Positions 21,338 through 31,189 of a stretch of 64,000 bases of DNA are shown here, piece after piece. The notes beneath the pieces were generated by a model. The model made no database searches and was not told the DNA's origin. It saw only the letters and a program-made list of their open reading frames with translations. The stretch is from assembly GCA_963769425.1 (NCBI GenBank), contig CAVYLP010000002.1:96001-160000 (forward strand). Direction: 5' to 3'. The position numbers and the translations under genes were made by a program. The first letter of the stretch is position 1; every line of letters starts with the position of its first letter. This stretch comes from Candidatus Bathyarchaeota archaeon (lineage in GTDB: Archaea; Thermoproteota; Bathyarchaeia; TCS64).

Positions 21338-22162
21338 ATGGAAGCTGAGACAAGCCTACAGAAAGATTCATCCATTGGATATATGATGCCAGTTCTATTT
21401 ATTGGACATGGCAATCCGATGAATGGTGTTGAAGATAATGAATTTTCTCGAGGCTGGAAAACAATCGCAGATACGTTACCCAAGCCAAAAGCCGTTTTGT
21501 GTATTTCAGCTCATTGGGAAACTAACGGAACATATGTAACAGCGACGGAGAAACCTCGAACAATCCATGACTTCTCTGGTTTCCCTCCAGAATTAAATAA
21601 TATACAATACCCAGCGATTGGTAGCAATTGGCTTGCACAAGAGACTAGGAATGCCATTAGTAACGCGACTATTGGTTTAGATAGTAGTTGGGGATTGGAC
21701 CATGGATGCTGGATTGTGCTAAGGAGAATGTATCCAAAAGCTGATATCCCAGTTGTTCAGCTAAGCTTGGATTATACTCAGCAAACCCAATACCACTACA
21801 AATTAGCTAAAGAACTAATGCCTTTGCGAAGAAAAGGGGTACTCATCATTGGCAGCGGCAACATGGTACATAATCTTGGTATGGCAAGAATGAAGGGTGG
21901 AGATTTTAATACTCCTTATGGATTTACGTGGGCCTTAGAAGCAAATACTCTTTTCAAGAAACTTATAAATGAAAATAGGTTCGAAGAACTTGTTGACTAT
22001 AAGAGCCTAGGAGGTGCGGTCCGGTTGGCCGTGCCTACAAATGAACACTATTTACCCATGCTTTACGCGCTTGCTTTAAAACAAGAAAACGAAGTCATAG
22101 CCTATTTTAACGATAAACCTGTCGCAGGTTCAATTACTATGACCTCATTTAAAATTAGCTGA
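21338..22162 (+). CDS. ygiD: 4,5-DOPA-type extradiol dioxygenase
   Basis: FIGHGNPMN, SAHW, IHDFSGFP, WGLDHG, GSGNMVHNL, PTNEHYLP. Confidence 0.9.
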   Translation: MEAETSLQKDSSIGYMMPVLFIGHGNPMNGVEDNEFSRGWKTIADTLPKPKAVLCISAHWETNGTYVTATEKPRTIHDFSGFPPELNNIQYPAIGSNWLAQETRNAISNATIGLDSSWGLDHGCWIVLRRMYPKADIPVVQLSLDYTQQTQYHYKLAKELMPLRRKGVLIIGSGNMVHNLGMARMKGGDFNTPYGFTWALEANTLFKKLINENRFEELVDYKSLGGAVRLAVPTNEHYLPMLYALALKQENEVIAYFNDKPVAGSITMTSFKIS

Positions 22163-22333
22163 CAATTTTACTATCGCACATTTGATTTCGGAATTAGAAG
22201 GATAACACACTGTGAACGTGTATGAAGATCCTTTTTTTAACCCAAACTTGTAGGAGACACGGATATTAGGCAAACTAACAGGATAATGTTTAACTAAAAA
22301 GATTTCTTTGGCATATATGAGGATGAGGTCAGC

Positions 22334-22615
22334 TTGGTTCACGTAGTTGTCTATGAGAAAGTTAGGGACCACACCAACTGGTTGAAAACTTTCAATGGTG
22401 ACGCACCTAACAGGAAAGGGTCCAGAGGTGGAGTGATACTACAGTTTGAAAACGATCCCAACAGCCATTACATTGTCTTTGAGTGGAGCGACGAGGAGGC
22501 TCACGACTTTGCTAATTTCGCAAAGACGGCGGAGATGCAGAGAGTATTCAAGGAGGCAGGTGTACTTGAGCAGACGATCCAGATCTGCTTCCCATCGATG
22601 ATAATCAACAAATAA
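22334..22615 (+). CDS. Small dimeric alpha/beta barrel-like hypothetical protein
   Basis: KVRDHTNWLKTF...DPNSHYIVFEW...FKEAGV pattern. Confidence 0.55.
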   Translation: MVHVVVYEKVRDHTNWLKTFNGDAPNRKGSRGGVILQFENDPNSHYIVFEWSDEEAHDFANFAKTAEMQRVFKEAGVLEQTIQICFPSMIINK

Positions 22616-22666
22616 AAATACGGCAGCAAAAAAAAGTTAGAACATTTTAATAAGTTGTCTTATTGG

Positions 22667-23335
22667 CTATTTTTTCTGAATATAAACGTAACCCATTTTG
22701 TACCCTATTCTCCACCATCCATCGAACAAATACGCGTAAATCGTGTAGCCCCCAGTTTCCTTTGGCGTGAACTCGGCAGTGTAACGGGCTTCTTCTCCAA
22801 GAGGGAGATCCTTAAGGTCTATAGATGCCTGCTCCTCAGACTTTCCTGAGGGAGTTTCAACCCAGAACTCCAGTTTCAGACCCATACCTTTCTGCACACC
22901 CTTAATGGTTGCCTCAACACTGATGGTCTTCCCAATCGTCGAATATGGGTGTGAAAGCACTAGCAAGCGTTCAATACCTGCTTTAGCTTCACTTAACTTG
23001 ATATAAGTCCAACCGGATTCCCACCAGAAGTAGCCTCCATTCTTACGCCCTTTGATTGTGGCGAATACATCGGCAGAACCCACTGCGTTGACCCTGAAAA
23101 TCAGCTCTTTCTCTTTAGTCGGTTCCAGATCATATAGGTATTGTCCAGCCCCAAATCCCAATGATCCATAAACAGTTAGATTGTAGGTATCTAAGGAGTG
23201 TAATTGTACGTCAAGATCGTTAATGGTTTCTGCTCCAATGTTTTTTAGTTTCAATCTTAGCCAGCTAGTTCCTTTATCTACTACTGCGGGAGTTACTTCG
23301 TACTCGAGCGGATACTTCCATCTCATCCGTGTCAT
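22667..23335 (-). CDS. Hypothetical protein, beta-rich (Ig-like repeats)
   Basis: 222 aa ORF with LKLKNIG...DLDVQL and YTAEFTPKETGGYTIYAY strands. Confidence 0.6.
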   Translation of the reverse strand: MTRMRWKYPLEYEVTPAVVDKGTSWLRLKLKNIGAETINDLDVQLHSLDTYNLTVYGSLGFGAGQYLYDLEPTKEKELIFRVNAVGSADVFATIKGRKNGGYFWWESGWTYIKLSEAKAGIERLLVLSHPYSTIGKTISVEATIKGVQKGMGLKLEFWVETPSGKSEEQASIDLKDLPLGEEARYTAEFTPKETGGYTIYAYLFDGWWRIGYKMGYVYIQKK

Positions 23336-23561
23336 TTTCCATTCACCTTAGATAACATACCCTAAAAATGATTTATGTATCTGATTAGATTTTGCTGCTC
23401 ATACTATAGGTAAATTTTTAAGAAATACATAAGAATAATTTTCTTTACTATCATCACCGAGACAGCTTCGGAGACCTCGATAATCTGTCAAAAAATTAAA
23501 TGACTCATGCGAATTATATTTATAATAACCAATTCATATAGTTCTAGTGGGTAAATAGAAA

Positions 23562-23849
23562 ATGATGGACAACAATCTATACAATCTCATGGAGCAGCTG
23601 ATAATAGAGAGTAGAAGTCTCTGGAAGATAAAGAACGATTACAAGGAGAACGCTGAGGAGTGTAGAAGCTGCCTATGGAGCATTGCACACCCGCCCGAAA
23701 CTCCGGATTGCCCAGCTTGTTTAGCCTTTTGGAAGGAGTTAGAGAAGCAGAAAGAGGAAAACATCAGAAAGCTTGAATCATTGGTACGAGATCACATGAA
23801 TGGATCTAGAATGTCGAAACCAGACGATATTTTAACAGATCCTAAATGA
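23562..23849 (+). CDS. Small helical (ferritin-like) hypothetical protein
   Basis: NNLYNLMEQL...SLWKIKNDY...C..FWKELEKQKEENI. Confidence 0.6.
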   Translation: MMDNNLYNLMEQLIIESRSLWKIKNDYKENAEECRSCLWSIAHPPETPDCPACLAFWKELEKQKEENIRKLESLVRDHMNGSRMSKPDDILTDPK

Positions 23850-23944
23850 TAGTATTGTGTAAAATTTTCCAATAAATAATTAGTTCTGATCATATTCGCA
23901 TAGTTCTTTTAATATTATCTTTAACGTTTCATATTTGCGCGCGC

Positions 23945-24280
23945 TACCCTGTTCCTAAATAGAGTACCCAAACAAATCCACCAAACAAACCACACCACGA
24001 CATCCACACCTAAACCAAAAACCAACACAAACAAACCTTCCCAGGAAACAAAACAACCAAGCTCAGCCCCACAAACTAGATCAGAAGCAAACCATCACCT
24101 ACGAGCCCCACCCCCACCGTGAACACACGAGCCTCAAACGTTGAAGAACGTAGGAGATACTGCCTTCTCAGGCCGACCCAAACACTCAGCAGCCTCCCGA
24201 ACCAGCACGAAGCAGAGAAGACTCAGCAGAGCATACACAGAGACGATGTCCAGCCTCCTCACGTTGTTCACCCTCAACCC
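23945..24280 (-). mobile_element. Probable IS remnant: transposase C-terminus plus downstream end
   Basis: 24280..24134 translates GLRVNNVRRLDIVSVYALLSLLCFVLVREAAECLGRPEKAVSPTFFNV-stop, resembling DDE transposase C-termini; bounded by (GC)n runs on both sides. Confidence 0.45.
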
Positions 24281-24286
24281 GCGCGC

Positions 24287-24648
24287 ACGGCGTTACCCCT
24301 GCAAAGATGCCTGGAAAGACTCCCTACACCATGCGGACAGCTCAAGGGGTCTTTGAGAAGCCGACGAGTCCCTACGTCGATGAGGAAAAATGCACTAAAT
24401 GTGGGGCATGCGTTAATGTCTGCCCGGTCGGCGCAGTATCAATCGATCACGTTGTGGCAGGTCTGTCTCCCAGACTTTCATTGAGTACCAGAATGGTGAA
24501 TGTTGATCCATATTCCTGCATCTGGTGTACAGCGTGTATCAGGACCTGCCCAGTCAATGCATTCATCAGAAGACCTATGATGGTTATGGCAAATGGGAAT
24601 CTGAACAAGAATTTCCCCGATAGAAAGAAAAATGAAACATACCTGTAG
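24287..24648 (+). pseudogene. 3' part of a flavodoxin/2x[4Fe-4S] ferredoxin (EFR1-like) gene
   Basis: CTKCGACVNVCP and CIWCTACIRTCP; PGKTPY linker; no upstream domain, cut at the CGCGCGC run at 24280. Confidence 0.7.
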
Positions 24649-24660
24649 AACCCGATGTAT

Positions 24661-24927
24661 TCACTCAACGAACTTGACAGCTTCCTCCCTGGGGACAGCC
24701 ACAAGAGTCTCTAACGAGAGAAAGTCGCCGAATCGAAGAACAGCCTTCATCAAAACCTTCTCATCCCTTGCCTCGGCGACAGAAAGCACATCGTACCTGC
24801 CAACCGTCCAGTACTGAACCACCCACTTAATTCCCTCCTTAGCCATCTGCTCGAAGATCATCGATACCTGAGCCAACATCTCCTTCGTCGGCTTCTTTCT
24901 GAATTTACCATACACGATGAAGAACAT
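24661..24927 (-). CDS. GYD domain-containing protein
   Basis: QYWTVGRYDVLSVAEA...ETLVA. Confidence 0.85.
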   Translation of the reverse strand: MFFIVYGKFRKKPTKEMLAQVSMIFEQMAKEGIKWVVQYWTVGRYDVLSVAEARDEKVLMKAVLRFGDFLSLETLVAVPREEAVKFVE

Positions 24928-25166
24928 TCAATTCACCTGATTAAATTTTAATTTTCCACGCACTTAAACCTATAATTAATAAAAAACGTGAAAGTTTCCT
25001 ATATCTGCAAGAAACCTGATATTCTCCGTGTTTATCGTACGCATAGATGTCACGGGGATTCATTACCTCACCTTCGCTCCGCTCCACATTTTATGCGCCG
25101 TACGCGCATTTTTTTATGCAGTAAGTGAGCGTAGTTATTCTATTGAATGTCTAGAGGGGTGTTTGA

Positions 25167-25655
25167 ATGAGAATCGGGCAGGTTATCGCATCCATGATTA
25201 CATACTTGAGGGGAGACGTGAATGGAGTAAATCATTTCCTAAAAGTATACGCTTACGCCAAAGCCATCGGGGAGCAGGAAAAACTCGACGAAGTGACTCA
25301 GGAGACACTGGAGGTGGCGGCGATAGTTCATGACATAGGCATACCTGTCAGCATGGCAAAGTATGGTAGCCATGAAGGGAGATACCAGGAGATAGAGGGA
25401 CCGCCAGTAGCGAAAATGATGCTCAGCGACCTTGGATTTGCTGGATCCTTAATCGAGCGAGTCGCTTTCTTGGTGGGGCATCATCATACTTACTCTTGTG
25501 TGGATGGTTTGGATTACCAGATTTTGCTTGAGGCAGATTTTCTGGTGAATGCGGATGAAGGTAATCTAAGCCGTAATGAAATCGAGGTGGGGATGAACAA
25601 GTTCTTCAAAACCCGAAGTGGGATCGAGTTTCTTAAAATAAATTATCTTAGTTAG
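25167..25655 (+). CDS. HD domain phosphohydrolase
   Basis: HFLKV, AAIVHDIG, VGHHHTY, EADFLVN. Confidence 0.88.
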   Translation: MRIGQVIASMITYLRGDVNGVNHFLKVYAYAKAIGEQEKLDEVTQETLEVAAIVHDIGIPVSMAKYGSHEGRYQEIEGPPVAKMMLSDLGFAGSLIERVAFLVGHHHTYSCVDGLDYQILLEADFLVNADEGNLSRNEIEVGMNKFFKTRSGIEFLKINYLS

Positions 25656-26025
25656 ATGCGCGTATGCGTAATGCGGGCTCACCTAGTCGCCTCCACTTGT
25701 TATGTGCGCGTGCGGTCCTCCAAGTTTTATAATGCCTTTATCACATCTCCCTCAAACCGCAACATAGAATCTTTCCAAACTTACCTAGATGCTTCATCAA
25801 GGTCCTTATTCATAATTAATCATCTCGAATGTCGTGTGGCCTCACAGCCTCACCCGTGCTCCGTCCACGTTTTTATGCGCCAATATCACCGCCCCATCAG
25901 ATGAGACTCAGGGTGAGCCAAAACACCAAGCCATAATACATCAGTACCTCTGAAGAAGAGGCAGTTGGGTGAAATTAGCCCTAAAGTCTTATCCCCCAAA
26001 CCAAACCAAAAGTTAAGCACAAAGA

Positions 26026-26343
26026 GTGAAGGAGAATAGTATTAAGAAGAAGGTGGTGATGGAGTCAGGCTACTGCTGGCAACACATATACGACCACCTC
26101 GAAGAGGCCGGATACGATGTCAGGCTCGCCCACCTACTCAAAGTGAAGGCAATAGCCGAGGCAAAGATCATGACAGACGAGATAGACTCGGAGACACTCG
26201 CCCACCTGCTGAGGGCCGACCTGCTACCGGAGTCCTACGTGCCGCCTAAGGAGATCCGGGATCTTCGGGAGCTGGTCAAGAGGAGGGCATTCCTCGTGGG
26301 GATGCGAACCAGGTTGAAGAACAAGGTACACGCCGAACTCGCC
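26026..26343 (+). mobile_element. IS110 family transposase fragment
   Basis: VVMESGYCW, KIMTDEIDSETLAHLLR, PESYVPPKEIRDLRELVKRR; truncated after KVHAELA at a (CG)n run. Confidence 0.88.
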
Positions 26344-26351
26344 GCGCGCGC

Positions 26352-27025
26352 ATGTTGCACCCGCGTCCAAAAACCTCTCAATCTTCGAAATACAATCGTC
26401 AACCCCACCTGTGATAGTAATCTCCTCTACAAGATCACGTGGAGTCAGAGCACGGAACTCGTTGATCCTCTTTATCAAGTTGTATCAGTAACATCCATCC
26501 TCTGAATCGAGAGTTCTTGGGGATCTTTGAGCCCCGCCCTCTTTTCCAGTAACATTCGCTTAGCTATGAGTCATCCACGCGCATCGCCTTCCACACTCTT
26601 GTATGCTCTCTCCAGATCATTATCCACATCAGTGAAGCAGGTGACCACGACATCAAAAACATCCATTCTTCTACCAGACCTCCCAGCACCACACTCTATG
26701 TCTCTGATCTTTTCTCCTAGCTCGTTTGGGAGTTGGTCACCATCCCAATCCAGCCATCAGCAAGCTCTCCAGCGAGTTCCTTCGTCTTTTTCCCAATTGT
26801 GCCGACGTATACTGGAGGATGAGGCTTCTGAACGCATCCAATCTCATGTAGGCGTTTTTCAGAGTAAAGATCTCGCCAGAATAACTGGCAAGGTTAGAGG
26901 GTGACGCTTCCCAGAGCCTCTTTATAACCTCGATAGCCTCCCGGAGTCGGGTGAGAGGTCTCTTCAACTCGATTCCGTATGGAAGAGTGTTCATTATCTC
27001 CCCTGCAACTAGCCTGAGGGCGGCT
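26352..27025 (-). pseudogene. LLM-class flavin/F420-dependent oxidoreductase fragment
   Basis: AGEIMNTLPYGI...RLREAIEVIKRLW...SGEIFTL and ITGGVDDCISKIERFLDAGAT; frameshifted and truncated. Confidence 0.7.
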
Positions 27026-27042
27026 CTACTATGTGTGAGCTG

Positions 27043-27168
27043 ATCGACCCTGGGATATCCGGTGATTCAGACTCTGGCAAACCCTTCATTGAGGTGCACC
27101 CCGACTCGGTGGCGGCGAAGGCGTTTGGAGAAATAGTGAAAAAGATAATCGAGGTGGTTGAAAAATGA
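27043..27168 (+). pseudogene. Mrp/NBP35 (ApbC) C-terminal fragment
   Basis: IDPGISGDSDSGKPFIEVHPDSVAAKAFGEIVKKI-stop, overlapping the next ATG. Confidence 0.65.
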
Positions 27169-27353
27169 GGATAGCAGTGTCTAGTACGGGGAACAGCCTG
27201 GATAGCCAGGTTGACCCGCGGTTTGGAAGATGTCAGATTGTCTTGGTGGTAGACACCGAGACCCTAAAGGTGGAGGCTCTCAGCAACACCAGCATAGGGC
27301 AAATATATGAGTTAGAGACTCCATCAAATCATCTTCTGGCCAAAGATGTATAA
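27165..27353 (+). pseudogene. NifB/NifX family Fe-Mo cofactor-binding protein, truncated
   Basis: MRIAVSSTG...VDPRFGRC...VVDTET; C-terminal half missing. Confidence 0.75.
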
Positions 27354-27527
27354 AGATGTCTAGATTAGTGAAAAATGGAGGCTAAAGACATTAATCTATA
27401 AGTCTCACCCTAAACATTTTGAAACTATCTTGTGCAGAGCTAATATACGCGCGCGTCGCCGAGAGCCTGGGGCTTGATCTTGAGCAAGTTACAAAAGCCG
27501 CGGAGAAGTAAGGCATAGTGATAGGAA

Positions 27528-27926
27528 ATGAAAGGATATCACACTAACGTTGAGAAAGAGACCCTGAAAAACACCGACTATAGACGAGTCCTCTACACGG
27601 GAAAGCACAGTCAACTCGTTTTAATGAACCTTAAACCCGGGGAGGAAATTGGCGAAGAAGTACACAGCCACCTAGACCAGTTCTTCAGGTTCGAAGAAGG
27701 TGAGGGAAAGGTCACTATCGATGCAAACCAATACCCCGTCAAGGACGGTGACGCGGTAATAGTACCCGCGGGATCCAAGCATAACGTGATTAATACCTCA
27801 AAGACTAAACACCTGAAGCTCTACACCATCTACTCACCACCAGAACACCAGGACAAAGTCATACGCCACACCAAAGCAGACGCCGAGGCGAAACCCGAAG
27901 AATTCGATGGGAAGACAACAGAGTAA
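27528..27926 (+). CDS. Cupin domain protein
   Basis: QLVLMNLKPGEEIGEEVH...DQFFRFEEG...VPAGSKHNV...YSPPEH. Confidence 0.9.
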   Translation: MKGYHTNVEKETLKNTDYRRVLYTGKHSQLVLMNLKPGEEIGEEVHSHLDQFFRFEEGEGKVTIDANQYPVKDGDAVIVPAGSKHNVINTSKTKHLKLYTIYSPPEHQDKVIRHTKADAEAKPEEFDGKTTE

Positions 27927-27979
27927 AAAAATGTTTACCCGCAGAACCACGCGCACCCGATGAAGATCAAGTAATCACA

Positions 27980-28492
27980 TCAGATTCCATGGATAATGTG
28001 TACTATTATGACCATCACCAGGGTGAAGGCAGCGGCCGGGTGCAGCCACTTATAGTACCGCACCCATCCCGGCCTCACGGCGAAGTATGCCAGGAATCCA
28101 GTCACCACAAGGATCAGCATAGCCGAGTACAGCACAATTCCCGTCCCAAGGACGGGATAGCTCGAAGCCGGTCTAGTCACCTGGCTGATGAAGTGGATCG
28201 AGATGAGTACGAATCCCAGAAGGTTCCCGAACGCGTGGAACTTAAGCAGGGATCCCGAGGCTCTGTGTCGCGCCCTCTTCATCAGCGAGTAAGCCACGGT
28301 GGTTACGAGGATGAGGATTGAGCCGATCCAGCCGAGCCAGTGAACAGGCGAGTTCGCCACCCCCAGTACGTTGATTAAGATGAATGGGAGCCTCACTATC
28401 CCAAGGTAAATAATTGATACAGCGATTACCGCAGCGGCGATTATTGCTAGCGCAGCCCAGAACGATGGCCGCCGGTAGGACACGTTTAACAC
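27980..28492 (-). CDS. Hypothetical membrane protein with TM histidines (cytochrome b-like)
   Basis: Five hydrophobic segments; LKFHA, ISIHF, KWLHP, IVHI. Confidence 0.55.
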   Translation of the reverse strand: MLNVSYRRPSFWAALAIIAAAVIAVSIIYLGIVRLPFILINVLGVANSPVHWLGWIGSILILVTTVAYSLMKRARHRASGSLLKFHAFGNLLGFVLISIHFISQVTRPASSYPVLGTGIVLYSAMLILVVTGFLAYFAVRPGWVRYYKWLHPAAAFTLVMVIIVHIIHGI

Positions 28493-28552
28493 CGTTAAAT
28501 AGTCTCATTTATAGTTACTTTTCATATCGAATAAATTATTCATGACGGTGGG

Positions 28553-28724
28553 CTAAGACGGGTGCGATGAACTCAAGAGCCTCTGGGAAAGCCCTGGGGA
28601 CCACGGTGAAGTGATCAGCATCCCCGTATTTCTTATGCATCGCCCTGAGGGAGCCATCCCTAACCCTGAGGCCTCAACCAGCTCACCGACGGCCTCAACA
28701 TTCTCAGCCCCAACCCCATCCACA
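28553..28724 (-). pseudogene. Possible alpha/beta hydrolase C-terminal fragment
   Basis: Shifted reading ...YGDADHFTVVPRAFPEALEFI; begins at the GCGCGCGC run at 28725. Confidence 0.3.
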
Positions 28725-28999
28725 GCGCGCGCACCTAAATACCGACGGGATGGCCCCCAAGATGTTCTCTTCAGGCGGCCAGTTAGAACTAGTATTGACT
28801 TCGGCTCAATGAGTAGTGGATCGGCGTCTACCAAATTCTGAAGGTTGATACAAACGGCTGGAGTGTCTTCTGCATGCCACAATAGTATCAGGTAGCGCTC
28901 AGGAAAAGGCAATGGAGCGACACACGACTCTAAAGCCTATGTGTGGTTTTTATTATCCGCCTCCCGCTTCCTACCCAACTACCTAGAATCGGTGAGTAA

Positions 29000-29440
29000 A
29001 TGAGTGGCCTCGAATACAAATTAGGAAAAGACATCCAAGTTCTCCTCATCGACGACGAGAAGAACCAGATTGAACTCGCGAAGCTCAACCTAGAGAAAAC
29101 AGATACCTCCCTCAAGGTAACCGGAGCACAAACCGTAACCGAGGCGATGAGTATCCTCAAGACAATCAAACCAGACTGCGTCGTCTCCGATTACCTGATG
29201 CCTGAGATGAATGGAATCGAGCTCTACCTAGCAATCAAGGAGTTCGGCGTCCCCTACATCCTATACACGGGGCGGGGTAGTGATGAGGTGGCCGGCGCCG
29301 CCTTCTCGGTCGGTGTCGATGACTACGTTAGAAAGGAGCCGAATCTAGCACACTACGAGGTCTTAGCTAGGAAGATTAGGCACGCTGTGGATAAGAAGAG
29401 AAGTGAGGTCTGGTACCGAGAATATTTGAAGAAGGGATGA
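29000..29440 (+). CDS. Response regulator receiver protein
   Basis: LLIDD, DCVVSDYLMPEMNG, YTGRG, DDYVRK. Confidence 0.9.
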   Translation: MSGLEYKLGKDIQVLLIDDEKNQIELAKLNLEKTDTSLKVTGAQTVTEAMSILKTIKPDCVVSDYLMPEMNGIELYLAIKEFGVPYILYTGRGSDEVAGAAFSVGVDDYVRKEPNLAHYEVLARKIRHAVDKKRSEVWYREYLKKG

Positions 29441-29769
29441 ACTAAGCGTTTAGGCGCAAGTTCTATTACGAGAATCACATGGGAGATATTCTCCGAATTG
29501 TAACTAGGGTGCATTAACTTCTCAGAAGCCTAACTCAATGGCGGTTGAGGAGGGCAAGTGTAATTAGCCAAGGATACGCCTCCCAACAATAGCTGGCTCT
29601 GCGCGCGTAACAAAATGGTGCCATTTCTTGATATTAAAATGAACTGGCTCTTGTTCAGGTGACATCCTTTCTTCTCTTCATTGCCACTTCCAAAATTTGC
29701 CCTGCCATTGCTGCTATTACGCGGACAGGGTTGCTAACCTTTTTAATCAAACAAGTTCACGAACCCCTC

Positions 29770-30048
29770 ATGTCGAAGGTCGAGATGCCTCAGGGAAAGA
29801 TGCTACAAGTAGGGCCCACCGGGAACGTGGTGATGGTAACATGCTGTGATCGGGATGGTCGAGCCAACATCATAACAGTCGGCATGTGTATGCCGATCAG
29901 CATCGACCCGCCTCAGGTATGCATTGGGATAGCTCCTGAGAGGTACAGCCACGACCTGATTCTTGAACAGGGCGAGTTTGTGGTTAATTCACCCAGTATA
30001 GCTCTCAAGGATAAGATGCATCTCTACGGGATCAAGTCGGGGAGGGAC
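29770..30048 (+). pseudogene. Flavin reductase family protein, 3'-truncated
   Basis: VVMVTC...NIITVG...SIDPP...RYSHDLI...GEFVVN...SGRD then a (CG)5 run. Confidence 0.85.
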
Positions 30049-30295
30049 GCGCGCGCGATGACAATTTTCTCGTGATGCGGTAGAGCGACCTTACACAGTT
30101 TGATCTTGATCTAATTGGTTTACCCGTCTTCAGATCCTTCAAATCAATTTACAGAGTTTCTCCCTTCTCATCCATAAGACCTTTTCACATTATCTGAAAT
30201 AGACACATTGTATTAAAAACCCATTAACAGAAGCCATCGGACTCCAAAGTAATCTTTAAGGCAAATCATTCTCAACTACTTCTAAGGCGAAAGAG

Positions 30296-30775
30296 ATGGA
30301 TCCCATAGTCATAAACTGGTTAGGACCATACTCCCTTAACCAGACCACCCCTAAGGAGCTCAGGGGCAAGAAGGGACTATACGCGACTGCACACGGCTCG
30401 AATATTATTCTCATAGGCAAGGCGATGCATGGTAAGGGAATATTTCGAGAGGCTAAAGAGGGGAGGCTCTCCACGTATTGGGAGGGTCTGAGGAAGCTCA
30501 AAGTGGTGCCAGAGGAGAAGCCCTCCGGGTACAAACTCTTAGAGTATGTTTATGAGAACTGCTCCCTCTATGCCGGTGTGGCCAGAAGAGAGGACTTAAA
30601 TAACATCGAAGTCACAGAGCAGCTACTAGTCTATAGAGTTAAGCCTATCCGAAATGAGGAGTTCGTTAAATCCTACGAGGGCCCGCTTGGGCTTAGTGTG
30701 ATTAATAATGGGAATCCGCCGCCTGGCATCGAGCATATTATTCTCGCCCCTAGTTCTACTAAATCTGCAAAGTAG
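30296..30775 (+). CDS. Hypothetical protein, GIY-YIG-like pattern
   Basis: GLY...LIGKA...EQLLVYRVKPIRN. Confidence 0.5.
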   Translation: MDPIVINWLGPYSLNQTTPKELRGKKGLYATAHGSNIILIGKAMHGKGIFREAKEGRLSTYWEGLRKLKVVPEEKPSGYKLLEYVYENCSLYAGVARREDLNNIEVTEQLLVYRVKPIRNEEFVKSYEGPLGLSVINNGNPPPGIEHIILAPSSTKSAK

Positions 30776-30853
30776 CAGACTTTTCTTACCTAAGTAACTA
30801 AGTCAAAAAATAGTTAAAAAACGAGGGTATTTTAAAGATAGGTTATTAAATAC

Positions 30854-30988
30854 TTAATGCTTCTTTACCTTCTCTTCTAGATTCTTTAATCTAGCTTCGA
30901 TATCATCAATTCTCTTCTTCTCTGATCCCTTAATCTTTTCCTCTAGTTCTTCTATCTTCTTCTTCATTTTCTCTATTTCCGCAGACAT
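30854..30988 (-). CDS. 44-aa coiled-coil small protein (below the ORF track cutoff)
   Basis: MSAEIEKMKKKIEELEEKIKGSEKKRIDDIEARLKNLEEKVKKH; upstream GTGAGG and TTTATAAA. Confidence 0.6.
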   Translation of the reverse strand: MSAEIEKMKKKIEELEEKIKGSEKKRIDDIEARLKNLEEKVKKH

Positions 30989-31189
30989 TGACTTTTCCTC
31001 ACAAATTAATATTTTTGATAATTTATAAACGTTCTCTAAAATATTAGGAGCCGGTGAATTGCTGGTTTTTAGCGCGCGCTTCTTGGAATAAGTTAGCTAA
31101 AAATATTTGAGTTCTTTAATCGTTCATTGATATTACTAGTAGTTAATAAAATTCGTTCAATAGAAATTATTTGTAGAGTGATTGTTAAG

